A DNA stretch of 62,991 bases, the filler included, from Collodictyon triciliatum (taxonomy: Eukaryota), in NCBI GenBank assembly GCA_043381765.1. It is 17 parts of 17 records of this genome, joined end to end, with 100 filler letters (N's around TTAATTAATTAA, not from the genome) between each part and the next. Parts side by side here need not be neighbours in the genome. Positions count along the whole stretch, not along the records: positions 38,954 to 42,412 come from JBHJMP010006872.1; positions 42,513 to 46,303 come from JBHJMP010006873.1; positions 46,404 to 50,194 come from JBHJMP010006874.1; positions 50,295 to 54,084 come from JBHJMP010006875.1; 13 more parts are not named here. One strand, given 5' to 3'. The position numbers and the translations under genes are program-made. Numbering within the stretch: position 1 is the first letter of the stretch; each line of letters starts with the position of its first letter. A model generated the notes under the pieces. That model was given only the letters and a program-made list of their open reading frames with translations, was not told where the DNA came from and did not search any database. Below are positions 39,084 through 51,843 of this stretch, piece after piece.

Positions 39084-42000
39084 ATCAGAGAACTCGTACT
39101 TGGGTTTGTCTCCAGGGAACTTGAGCAAGTAGAGAAGAGAAACGCCAAACATCACGACTATGGTGTAGAAATAACCCTTGTAGAAGTAGCGGATGAAGCG
39201 GAGGTAGCGAGCTTGGACACCAAAGATACCTGCATTGTTTCGTATCCGTAAGGTAGTTGATATGAATGAGAGAAACCCAGAAGGAGGGTTCGGTAATAGT
39301 AGACTCTTCTGCGTGACTCGCAGTACAGTTTCCTCGCTGTTTTTATTTCGTTTTGTACTTTGCCTTTGTACTTGAACTCTTAATAAAATTAGAAGTTTTT
39401 TTTTTTACACGCAGGATAAATAATAAATAAGAGTCATGCTTACTATCGATCGCTGTCAACCGGGCGTAATCAGCGAATGCGATCGTGCATAATTGTGTGA
39501 CAGTGATGGAACAGAGCGCGATGAGGCCGATGTTGAAGACAAAGGAGTTCATCATCGTGCCCCCCACCCTATTAGAAACGTATTGATTGAGTCGTTTGGG
39601 TCATTCGCTCGTCACACCTTGATGATAATGTTCAAAAATCCTTCATTATCACACAATTCATTTGTTGGTGGGAGTACACCCGTACTTCATGGGGTGGATC
39701 TGGAACCATGCGAAGCGCATGCCAAACTTGACGTTTCCTTTGACGATGGCCCAGACAAAGTACAGTGCAAATGCACTGTTAATGCGTTAAATATTGTTTT
39801 TTTTTTAGCTTAATGAATATTGATTATTACTATTTACGTTCATACTAGACCTTTCATTTCTTTTTTAGTTCATTATTTTGATCGGTCCTATAGTCGGCAG
39901 ATTAGAAAAGAAGCGTAATTTAGTATCGAATATTCTGACCCATAGGCGAGCGTCCCCATCAAACCGAACACTTGGTCAAGGTCGATGAGCATTTTGTTCA
40001 AGAAAAGATCCTTCGGCTCATCAGGCAATACGTAGATGCAAATGTGAACGATCCAGAGCAGTGATGTTGAAATACTTTATTGGAAAGAATTAAAGAATGA
40101 GCAAGAGTATGTTATCAAGCATTGTGTAATTTTCTCCACTCAATACATGAATTTATTGTTATATGGATTCCAATATGTGAGCGATAATGGTGTGTATACC
40201 ATCAATTATACCAAAGGGACGAATACAATTTAATTCGTGCCCGTTTAAAGAGAGGATGGATTACGTGAAGGATGGGTAAAAATGCAAGATTTACCCAAGA
40301 ATTCCAACAAAGAGGCTGAACCAGTACTTGAGGATATTTCCTCCACGCTCCTTGTAAGCCACCTTCAGTTTCTCATAGTCCTCCTCAAGGAAATAGACGC
40401 TCTAAAAGTGTTTTTTTTTAAAAAAATAATAATAATGAGCGAATCAGCATAATCTAAATAAGTGAGCAAAACATATACATCTAACAGTTTATTTTAAGGG
40501 TGACATGCCAACGCGCTAATTTCTTTTCGGACACGTAAATTAAGGAGTGCAAAGGAGCGGTACAGAAGTATATCTAAAAAAAAAAACCTTCTTAAACTTA
40601 TTGAAAGCCTTGATTTGTTTGCGGCTTCGCTTTGTGGTCTTTCGAACCTAGAGATAACCCGAAGTTACCAAGTGATTAATGGAGGCTTACATGCAGAAAT
40701 TCTGACTCAGAGTCTGCATGTATAGTCTTCAACGTTAATCATTTGACATATGCTTTGCTCAGAAGGATCAATCTCACCTCTTCTTCGTGAGCGCGTCCCA
40801 TTTCGATGAGGCGCCCAGCGCGCTCGTGAATACGGAGCTTCTGGCGAGCATACTCGTCCAGCTCGATGCGCTTCGGGCGGTTGCGATAATAATTGATAAG
40901 GTCCATGGGCAGAGCAGCGAGGCCGATGCTTCCAAACAACACAAGAAGGAACCAACCGAAAAAGGCCATCATGGCGATGATGTAGATCACACCGGAAACA
41001 CGAAGCTCCACATCGGTTCCTTTACTAGAGCATGTGGAGTTCAAAGCATTTTCATCTGGAGACTAAAAGAAAATTAATTGATAAGCGGGATACTGACTCT
41101 GTAGATTTCCTACCCTGCTTTCGTGCGAATGTTCGATTAAACCCTCGAATGTGAAGTAAAAAAATAGTAGGAAGAAGGGATAAGGGAATATATTATTTAA
41201 AAAAATAGGGATTATATATGTTTTTGCATACGTAGCAGCTGCGGTCCAGGTAAGATAGTTCTGTGGGGACATCTAGGAGGGATTGTAATTCTTCAACGGG
41301 GAGGTCAGCAAATCCAAGGAACGCATACATAAGACCGATGATCAATGCAGATACAACAAGGGTCAGGAAAGTCATCGTAAGGGCACTACGAAGCTGACTC
41401 CTGCAATGGGAAGTTCAAGTAGTATTTATAAATATTTCCTCAAACTATTGCGAGTCCTTCTACATGGATAAAAAAAGTATATGCATGTGTTGATGTATGA
41501 GGGGATGCATTATAGAATACTTTTCATCCATGGATTCATAATAGTAGACAGTGAATGGGACGATAACAACAACATAGCAGGCCATAAACATGTAAACAAA
41601 CTGCCATAAATTGGGAAGATCGAGTCCTGAATGGAATTAGAGAGAGGAAGTGTTATTAGCGAATCTGGCGTGATTCTTTCACAATTTTATCGAAAGTGTG
41701 TACGAACTGCGAGTTTTTTTTTTCTGGAGCTACCGAGATGAATGAGCTTAGGCAATGGGTAAGAATGTTTCTTGTGTTCATATGTAATATGTAATTCAAC
41801 TATGTGTCTTTATGATAAGAGACTAAACCTCCGTCAGTCCGCGTGTTCGCCACGTCGAAAGGCAGCAACAAGACACTTAGAACAGAGAAAGTAAGTCCAA
41901 CCACCTATAAAGAGCAACGCATGAAGTATCAGATTTCGATTGCGCAACTGGGTAGCATTCACTGAGTAGCATTCACTTCAGATTGTTTTCTTTTGAGTGA

Positions 42001-42236
42001 AGGATAAGTAGAGAATTAAGCTCAGCGAAGGAGGGGAAGATACTTGGCCGCCTCCTCGAAAGAGCAAAGGGAGAATGGATTGTGTTGCCCAAAGCTTTTC
42101 TTACCACGACGATCTTAGGGATCCAAGCGGTGTTTTTGTCCTCTTCGTGTTGGAAGTAAACCAGGAAATAAACGCTTCCAACCAAAACCATCACAGCCAT
42201 ACAGATGGCGATGATGATCAAGAACCAGTTCAGCAT
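39078..42236 (-). CDS. LMBR1/LIMR-family membrane protein, apparently complete, multi-exon
   Basis: YFLVYFQHEEDKNTAWIPKIVV, LLPFDVANTR, IAMMAFFGWFLLVLFGSIGLAALPMDLI..RPKRI, KGNVKFGMRF..IHPMK and GGTMMNSFVFN. The stop is at 39078. Confidence 0.92.
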
Positions 42237-42512
42237 TTTCCTGAGATAAGAGGATGAAATTGGTCATAATGACAGCGAAAAGCTTCGGTTTGCTGCTTCT
42301 TTTACTTCTGCATGTCTTTGTTTGTTTGTTTGTTTGTTTGTTTGTTTGTTTGTTTGTTTGTTTGTTTGTTTGTTTGTTTGTTTGTTTGTTTGTTTGTTTG
42401 TTTGTTTGTTTGNNNNNNNNNNNNNNNNNNNNNNNNNNNNNNNNNNNNNNNNNNNNTTAATTAATTAANNNNNNNNNNNNNNNNNNNNNNNNNNNNNNNN
42501 NNNNNNNNNNNN

Positions 42513-42602
42513 TTTTTTTCTTTCTTTTTTTCTTTCTTTTTTTCTTTCTTTTTTTCTTTCTTTTTTTCTTTCTTTTTTTCTTTCTTTTTTTCTTTCTTTT
42601 TT

Positions 42603-42699
<97 letters not shown>

Positions 42700-42895
42700 C
42701 TTTTTTTTTTTTCTTTTTTTTCTTTCTTTTTTTCTTTCTTTTTTTTCTTTCTTTTTTCTTTCTTTTTTTCTTTCTTTTTTTCTTTCTTTTTTTCTTTCTT
42801 TTTTCTTTCTTTTTTTCTTTCTTTTTTTCTTTCTTTTTTTCTTTCTTTTTTTCTTTCTTTTTTCTTTCTTTTTTCTTTCTTTTTCCTTTTACTTC
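42513..42895. repeat. Poly-T/(TTTC) pyrimidine tract
   Basis: Low-complexity run at the contig start. Confidence 0.9.
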
Positions 42896-43252
42896 CTCAG
42901 TATATGATTAAATTATGTATATGTATATAGTAGGGACACCACGCATATTCATCCACGCTTAGGCTCTACTCTTTCCGGAGAATGTTTCCCTCTTATGTAC
43001 GCAATCAATCTAAGTCCAACAATATATTCTTTGTCGATTGAAAATGAATAATCCTGTGACTTGACGCTCACCGACACTAACATTACAGTCACTCAATATT
43101 TTTATTTTACTACAATTAGAAAAAGACATTCTTCTTCGTCTTTCCCTGCTGCTCTTGGTTAGCATTTCACTAGAGATGATAATAGTGTTTTTGTTTTTGT
43201 TGTTTTTGTTGTTTTTGTTTTTTCGTATTCTAATTAAAAATTGGAACCATAG

Positions 43253-44782
43253 AAACAAATAATGGGAAAGATTACGTTTCCTTTGTTTATTTATCTGATA
43301 CGCATGGGCTACATGACCGAGTAAAGGTTCCGCCTGGTGATGTGTTGATACACGGAGGTAAAGCCTTTTTTTTTCTTGTCATTTTATTTATTCAGGAAAA
43401 AAATCATGTATGTTAAAGAAATGTCTCAATTACAACCTTGGAAGGATGATCGGAATGTGTGATTAATATGGAAAATATGAACTTAGGTGACTTTAGTGTA
43501 TCGGGAACTGAAGATGAGATAAGAGGGTTCAATCAATGGCTTGTGAGACAGCCACACAAAATCAAGATTGTTATCTCAGGTGATTTATATATGTGTGTTA
43601 AAATCGCTTTCATTTACATCACGCGAGAAAACATGTGTACCATGTTCTGAAAATGAAGGAAATCATAGGAAATCACGATATCACCTTACAACCAGACTTC
43701 TACGAGCAAAACTGGCACAGGTAATCAAATGCAATTTTAAAAAACTAGATTACTTTACCAGATATTTAACGATTTTAACTTAAAAGGACCTTTAAGCTAA
43801 ACGCATAGATTATTTCTGGCAGATTTCATACTGAAAAGCAAAACTGCATTCCACCAACAAAGTGTTTAAGTGACGCTTTCTATCTCCAAGATTCGGGTGT
43901 TCAAATAGATGGTATCAATATATGGGGTTCACCCTGGCAACCCACTTATTTCAATTGGTAAGAAGAAAACATATTTTCTGACACCCTTTATTTTACCATT
44001 TGTACGAGATTTACTTCTCCAGAAAAAAAAGATAAAAAACATGCATCTTACGTTGAACTTCTAAGGGCCTTCAACCTGGACCGAGGACCGTCTATTAGAA
44101 AAAAATGGGAGCTCATTCCCTCTGGGACTGATATTCTGATAACACACGGACCGGTATCCAATGATTAACTCGATATAAAAAATTATTTGGATACGAATTC
44201 TGTGATTTTTATTCTTTTCTCTCTTCTTTTCTCTCTTCTTTTCTCTCTTCTTTTCTCTCTTCTTTTCTCTCTTCTTTTCTCTCTTCTTTTCTCTCTTCTT
44301 TTCTCTCTTCTTTTCTTTTCATTTATGCCCCAAGTTTGCTATGTAATAATTCTTTTCTAAAATGCGGTGGTGTGAATCACAGCCATGGAACATTTTGGAC
44401 CGCAATTTCCAGGGTATTCGCGCTGGATGTGAAGACCTTCTTGCGGTTGTCAAAAAGTAAATACGTTCTTCCCACCACTTCAATCGCCGTGCGTAACATA
44501 ATCTTAGTCTGCATTTAGACTCAGCATGAACAAACTTCAACGGATGGATTAAATCTGTGTATTCATAACCAATTTTTATTAATTTATTTTGATAGATTAA
44601 AACCGCAATATCATCTCTTTGGGCATATCCATGAGGGTTATGGTGAAGTGGACCACTTTGGAACTGCCTTTATGAACGGCTCCATCATGGACACGAAGCG
44701 AAGACCTTGGAATAGACCACTCGAGTTCCAGATTTCAAAAAAGCCCGTCAGTCCATACCTGACTGCTGAGGCTCTCTTCTGA
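43253..44782 (+). CDS. MPPED1/2-like (239FB-type) metallophosphoesterase, multi-exon, 5' end uncertain
   Basis: LSDTHG, PPGDVLIHG|GDFS, PHKIKIVIS|GNHDITL, YLQDS, IWGSPWQP, WAFNLDRG, WELIPSGTDILITHGP, GCEDLL and HLFGHIHEGYG. Confidence 0.92.
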
Positions 44783-45164
44783 TATATTGATTGGGTCACG
44801 CATTTCCACTATCTTTCTTTACAGCCCTGTCATGATACAAAAAAACAAAAAACAAAATATATGATAAAGAAAATGCCTCTGACAAGCACTGAATTCATGC
44901 CGAGAGCATATGAACTTGGGAAAGGTAACTCGTCGCTTGATTTTTCTGGGCATTTATAACGAGCTATAAGCGTAGTTTGAAAAAGTAGAGCATAGTACCG
45001 CAAGTGTGATACAACCATGGACCAGCTTATTTTCTCTTTCTGTCCTTTATCATGTGGAAGTTTATGAATGAGGTAAAGAATGAAAGCTAATTGGGAAAGC
45101 GAAAGGAGATTCCTTTCAGCACTTTGGGATTATACCCACGCACCCCATGGTTGAAGTAGATTTA

Positions 45165-46119
45165 CATGAGAAGAATTCCCCAATATTCTCGGCCATTGCC
45201 GGCACTCATAGGAAAGAGGGTCTCTCTGCGAGTTGAAATCCATTAATTGTTTTAGACACCATGACCCCCTGATCCATAGAATAGACGGATTTGTCTGGGC
45301 ATGACGGATTCATTTCCGCGAGTCCTGTAGAGAATTAAGGCAGGTTTTATCTTTTTGCTGCTCTTTAAAAAATACATATGGTAGCTACATATTTGGGACT
45401 GGAAAGAGTCATCGCTTATATCTGACCTGGTCCTATGGCTATTGCATAAGCATGAGAGCGTCGATTCACATAGCCAGAGCCATTGTCAATCAGCCAGTAC
45501 TTTTGTGTGGTATGGCATCGATTCTTGCACGCTATGCGTGTGGGGTCCTATGTTCGAAAGATAAGGTGTTGTTTGTTGTTGTTTTCATCATATGTTGCAT
45601 ATGTGCAAAGGTTGGCTCTGCCCATCTGTGATACCTCAAGATTGACCAGAACGATTCGATACTCCTGTGTATACGTTTTCATGGAACAAAGCAATACTAA
45701 CCGAATCAAATGGAAGAGACGTATTCTTCATTATAGGCGCCTCGTTTGTAAAAAGCTCTACAGATATGTGACCTATGCCAAATCATTTAGATGATGAGCT
45801 GTTGGCGCCACACTTATGAATGAAGATATATTACAATATTTTCATCTCGTTATCTTCTATCTTGAATAAATGAAAGAAAAAAGTATATTTAAGAAGAGCG
45901 AGTGTACATCGATTGACAATCTTATGGCAACTAGAGTTTGTTGGTTTGTTTGTTTTTAAAATTTACGAGTTGTCCCCCCCATCACTTACTCAAGGAGCCA
46001 GGAAACAAATAATACTTTTTTAGGCGCAGATACAAAGGTATTTTGCAGACTCCACATATCACGTCGACGGTTGGATGCCGAGTCAATTGCTCCATTTTTT
46101 CTTGCCCAAACGAGTTCAT
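45165..46119 (-). CDS. Possible small multi-exon gene of unknown function
   Basis: GT-AG bounded segments can be joined in frame (MNSFGQEK...FPGSL|SHISVELFTNE...|EYRIVLVNLEVSQM|DPTRIACKNRCH...|LAEMNPSCPDK...GILLM*). No family was recognised. Confidence 0.35.
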
Positions 46120-46259
46120 CTTTATATATGTTTGACTTTGTTTATTTCCGCAAGATATGCAACAAGCCAACACAATAAGAAATATACTGCACTACTCCGT
46201 AGATGCTTAACTATTTGCCTTTTTTTTTTTTTTGGCTTTTTTTTTTGGTTTTTTTTTTG

Positions 46260-46303
<44 letters not shown>

Positions 46304-46547
46304 NNNNNNNNNNNNNNNNNNNNNNNNNNNNNNNNNNNNNNNNNNNNTTAATTAATTAANNNNNNNNNNNNNNNNNNNNNNNNNNNNNNNNNNNNNNNNN
46401 NNNTTTTTGTTTTTTGTTTTTTGTTTTTTGTTTTTTGTTTTTTGTTTTTTGTTTTTTGTTTTTGTTTTTGTTTTTGTTTTTGTTTTTGTTTCTGATGAAA
46501 CCAGACGCAGTCTAATAAAGAACCCTATATGATTGCTTAAATGAAAC

Positions 46548-46742
46548 CTGATAAAAAGCATCTTCGAACAAGCTGGAGGAGCGCACAGCAATCGGTGTTT
46601 TCACGTAGTACAAGAAGTGACGAAGAGAAGTAACCACATCCTATTGAAAGAACCACGTAATCAATGACCTCTAAAATTTATTGATATAATCAGTTTGTTA
46701 AATTAACAGGGCTCTCAAAACGAACGTATACACATATTTTTT

Positions 46743-46775
<33 letters not shown>

Positions 46776-49700
46776 GTACGGCGTCAAAATTGTGCGATAC
46801 AAAGGCCTTAGCAATGGCTTCGTCGGTGGCATCAGAATTGGAAAGCTAAATTCAGGATAGAGTCAAGGTTATGTTTAATTCTCGCAAATGAACATCATCA
46901 ATATTCTTGTGAAACCGGCATCATTTCTATTCAGTAAATCGCATATAAACCTCAAATAAAGACTCGCTCAAAAAGCTGTCAAACACAGATGTAGTGATGA
47001 CTAATGTACGAGGGACGGACACACGGAAATGAGGAAAAGCTCTCTCCAAGTCGTAGGCCTATCAAAATGACATAATTAGACATATTTCTAATTTTGCTGT
47101 TGCCTTATATCCAATTCCTCGAATGATTTTTGAATGAGCTTTCATATTAGACGTACTCGGAATACCATCACAGTCGATAGTGAATAAGTAGTACTATCAT
47201 AAATAAAAATGCATATGGTTTGCGACGTATTCAGCGCTTTAGATATGTAAATTTCTCGACTAACCTTCAGCAGGGCATTAATGAAGCCAATACCACGACC
47301 TTTTCCGCCTAAGGAGCCTTTACCGAGTCTGGCAAAATGTGTGGCAAGGTCAAAGTTATCCACAGAAAAGTCAGATACCTATCGAATAAAGCGAAAAAAA
47401 AACGTGTTTCCTGTCAATATTTACTATATTAAATGAATAGGTGATTTAGTTTCTTTCATATTGAAAAAATAAATTAAGAATCATATTCGGAGCATACCAT
47501 TCCTTCTTGTTTTTCCTCTCTTAACTCCAAGATACTCCGAATAATAAATTCTCGAATGTCAGACACAGATGTAAATTCANNNNNNNNNNNNNNNNNNNNN
47601 NNNNNNNNNNNNNNNNNNNNNNNNNNNNNNNNNNNNNNNNNNNNNNNNNNNNNNNNNNNNNNNNNNNNNNNNNNNNNNNNNNNNNNNNNNNNNNNNNNNN
47701 NNNNNNNNNNNNNNNNNNNNNNNNNNNNNNNNNNNNNNNNNNNNNNNNNNNNNNNNNNNNNNNNNNNNNNNNNNNNNNNNNNNNNNNNNNNNNNNNNNNN
47801 NNNNNNNNNNNNNNNNNNNNNNNNNNNNNNNNNNNNNNNNNNNNNNNNNNNNNNNNNNNNNNNNNNNNNNNNNNNNNNNNNNNNNNNNNNNNNNNNNNNN
47901 NNNNNNNNNNNNNNNNNNNNNNNNNNNNNNNNNNNNNNNNNNNNNNNNNNNNNNNNNNNNNNNNNNNNNNNNNNNNNNNNNNNNNNNNNNNNNNNNNNNN
48001 NNNNNNNNNNNNNNNNNNNNNNNNNNNNNNNNNNNNNNNNNNNNNGGATGTAATTACCAGACTCTTAAAATCATTAGCTTGGGCCAATTTAGAGCCCTTT
48101 TCATCACGGAAAATGAATGGACCAAAACCCAAAGATTCTGACTGTTTGTTCAATATGTAAATAAAGCTGAAGAAATTGAAATTTTGGAGAGAAAAAGGCT
48201 GCTCATACAAACCATAAAATTTTTGAGGGCATGAAGGACATTGTGTGATGACTTATCAACAAATACAACACCAAGGGCTTTCGCTTCTTCTCTGTATCAC
48301 AAGATTATTATTTTAAAAAAATAATGCTTGACTGATGAAATCATGAATAATCTTGTCTTGTTGCCTTATATATAAAGACACAAATTAGACAAAAACATAG
48401 GAAGACAAACTTAATAGACACATCGCCAGTCTGAAACAAAATGGGAACAGTAGGAGTTAATTGTTTCACAAGTTTGGCCAATTCCAGACCAGCTCTGGTA
48501 TGGTGCTTGCCTACAAACGTAGAGGCCTTTTCAGTTTAAGGAAATGGTGTAATAGGCGAATCAAACAAGTAGAAGAAAAACAGCTACCATTCTTTGGAAA
48601 GGCGTTGTCAGTAATAACAGCCATAATGTTATTTCGGTATCGTTGATAGATATCCATGGCCTACAATTCATAATGATTTGAACCATGAATACAAATTTGA
48701 TCTTGATTGTTAACTTGGTTTTTCATTTATATTTATGGACATAAATTTTTCACTTGAGAATCTTCTGGATGAATTATTATATTTTGATAACACGAGCAAA
48801 AATAGTATTATCTAGAACTCAGCCGAGCTAATGGCAAATAAAACACTGTGTAATGGTACCTCTTCAAACGATGTTGTCAGCAAAATCTTTGGACGGGCGT
48901 TGATGCGAGCTTTACTCGCGTCTATGGAATAGTCATCTGCCATGCTCAACTGCATCAATAAGTATTTAATAAACTGGTTATGTTTGGGGTGCATTTGATG
49001 AATAATAGTTTTGAATAGATATATACCTGAGTTTGTTTGATTAACTCTTCGTAGAGAAGCGGGAGATAACTTCAAAAGAGGGAAAAAAAGTGGGGTAATT
49101 AAATTCTAACTCTGGCCACAGTTCTTTGTATTGCATAATGAAGGAAAAATCTGACATTAGCTGAAATATCGTTGATATTAAAAGACAAATAATATGTTTC
49201 TAGAGTGTAGAATGTCCGAAAGAAAACTATTAAAATCGCATACAAAGAGTAGAATTTAACTCCATCTTCGACGACGATTATGATTTGAAGGTCAGGGAAT
49301 ATTTGGATATCATGAAAGACATTCAAACGGTCTTCGACAGTCTGAGAGAAATTATAGATAGAATCACAAAATAGCTTTCTCTGGCGTCACATTATGCGAA
49401 TCCCATGAGTATCATAACTGAAATGGTGGATGTATCTACATTTTAAGAGTGGCAAATATTTCTGCTCCAATCGTTTCCTTCTTTGTCTTTTTTTTTTTTA
49501 GTGTTACTCACTTTCACCATTGCCAGTAGGAGACGAGCATCTCCGGTCCAGACGAAAGGCCAAGTCCAAATATGTTGCTCGTTAACTTCTTTGTGGTATT
49601 CCGCTGCCTCCCATAAAATTCTTTTGTGAACATTCAGACGAAAAGCCTGCCATTTGATTGTTATCAATAAATTGGGTGGCACACACCTCCGTTTTATATA

Positions 49701-49974
49701 TTTTTTTTGATATAAGTGCGAATAAAAATTTCTTCGGGCATATTGGGATATGAAAAGGGGACCAGTGAAACGAAGAGAAATAAAACTGTGATAGAATTCT
49801 CTGTCATTTTTCAAAATAAAAATATAAGATATTGGCGAAAAGAAATAAAAGTATGATGCGTTTTTCATGATATACCTGATCGACTCTGGGGTCAAGGAGC
49901 GTCAATTCACGTGTGTTTGATGCAAGAAGCAAGACGGGGACGTTTGATGCGACTCTCTTAACATCCAACAAAAA
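46548..49974 (-). CDS. Bacterial-type PEP/pyruvate-binding (PPDK_N / PEP-synthase-like) protein with N-terminal receiver-like domains; intron-rich, partial
   Basis: PFVWTGDARLLLAMVK|TVEDRLNVFHD, IIIVVEDGVKFYS, ARPKILLTTSFEE|AMDIYQRYRNNIMAVITD, LGFGPFIFRD, FARLGKGSLGGKGRGIGF, VPRTLVITTSVFDSFL and PIAVRSSSLFED. Confidence 0.85.
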
Positions 49975-50607
49975 CTATAGCACATTATGGTTAATGTTTA
50001 ATCAACATAGTGGTGAATAATCAGTGAGAGTGCCTATATATTATATTATATTATATTATATTATATTATATTATATTATATTATGTTTTTTGTTTTTGTT
50101 TTTGTTTTTGTTTTTGTTTTTGTTTTTGTTTTTGTTTTTGTTTTTGTTTTTGTTTTTTTGTTTTTTTGTTTTTTTTTGTTTTTTTGTTTTTTTGNNNNNN
50201 NNNNNNNNNNNNNNNNNNNNNNNNNNNNNNNNNNNNNNTTAATTAATTAANNNNNNNNNNNNNNNNNNNNNNNNNNNNNNNNNNNNNNNNNNNNTTTTTC
50301 TTTTTTTCTTTTTTTCTTTTTTTCTTTTTTTCTTTTTTTCTTTTTTTCTTTTTTTCTTTTTTTCTTTTTTTCTTTTTTTCTTTTTTTCTTTTTGAGCTCA
50401 TAGAACTCAGATTCACACATCATATCGTTTTCCTTTTCGATAAATATAACCACCTCATTTTATCTGTTGGACACACTTTGACGCAGCAACTTTCGAAGTT
50501 GTACTTTCTTAAAATATATTAGGCGTTTGAGCAAGTTTCATGCCTTTGCAAGTGCTTAAATAACATCTCTACAATTACGAATAGCTTTTCATGATAAACC
50601 CCGTGAC

Positions 50608-51762
50608 ATGGATTCAGGCACATCATCCCCATCAAATGAAGACCTCCAGGTATGGCTATGAGACCAACTGCGCTTCTTCTTTTTTTTTTTCATGTTTATG
50701 TTTTTAAACCGACAATCACACTAAGCTTAATCATTCCGGCAAAATGTTATTGGAATTTAGCAATATCTGGATGATGTTGAGACACAGAATAAAAAGGAGA
50801 AGCCAACAAAAGGTATTTACAATTTTAAATACTGATAATGTAAAATGTGATCTTTTTATCAATTTCGTTGTGCTGTTTTAACGCAGATTGTTTACAAACC
50901 CTCGGTCATCTCGGTTTGTTTCCCATATTTTGTAGAAAGAAAAAAGCACAGTAAATCCCATGGAAAATCCCACAGAAAATCACACTTTGACCTAGAGTCG
51001 GTGAGCCCATAAGCTTTTCTTATTATGTAGTTTATTTCACTTCACTGCAATTTATTCATATCAAGACCAAATACCCTACAATCTATTGTTTTTCCGATAA
51101 GTATTCCTATTAAATATAGAAGGGGGATGATGAGAGTCGATCGAAAAAGCGGCACTACCATCACGAAAGAAAACATGTAACTAAGTGCATTATATCATAT
51201 CCCACTGTCTGAAGCAAACAGTCTTTTTGGTCATACATTTTTTTTTTGGAACAAGGAATCGAATTCCCAAAAGCGCCATCGTAGAAGAGAAAAACACGTG
51301 GTAATTCTCCACAAATAACATGGCATTGCTATTAAATGACCACTCTCCCGATATATGCTGTTGTGAACACTCTCATGCGTCATACATGGTCCTCACTCTC
51401 TAAATCTATCAGCAAGAGACATGCTATTGCAAGAACCCTGAAATCACAGACTTTATGATTTCGTGCGATATGTGCGGGAAATGGTTTCATGGCAAATGCG
51501 TGGCTATAGAACCTGAGGATGCGCAGAAAATCGACGATTACTATTGTCCATTCTGTCAAGACAGCATCAGTGAAGTAAGAAAATATGATGCATCTGGGCC
51601 CATATAAATTTCAATTCAATTAATTTCCTTTTCTCCCCTCTCGATCGTACAAGAGGAGAGGGTTTGGCCTTGGCTCCAATGTCCTGTGCTCATTTTCAAT
51701 AATTATCACAATGCTATATATATTCCTATCATTATTATTATTATTACTATTATTATTACTAC

Positions 51763-51843
<81 letters not shown>

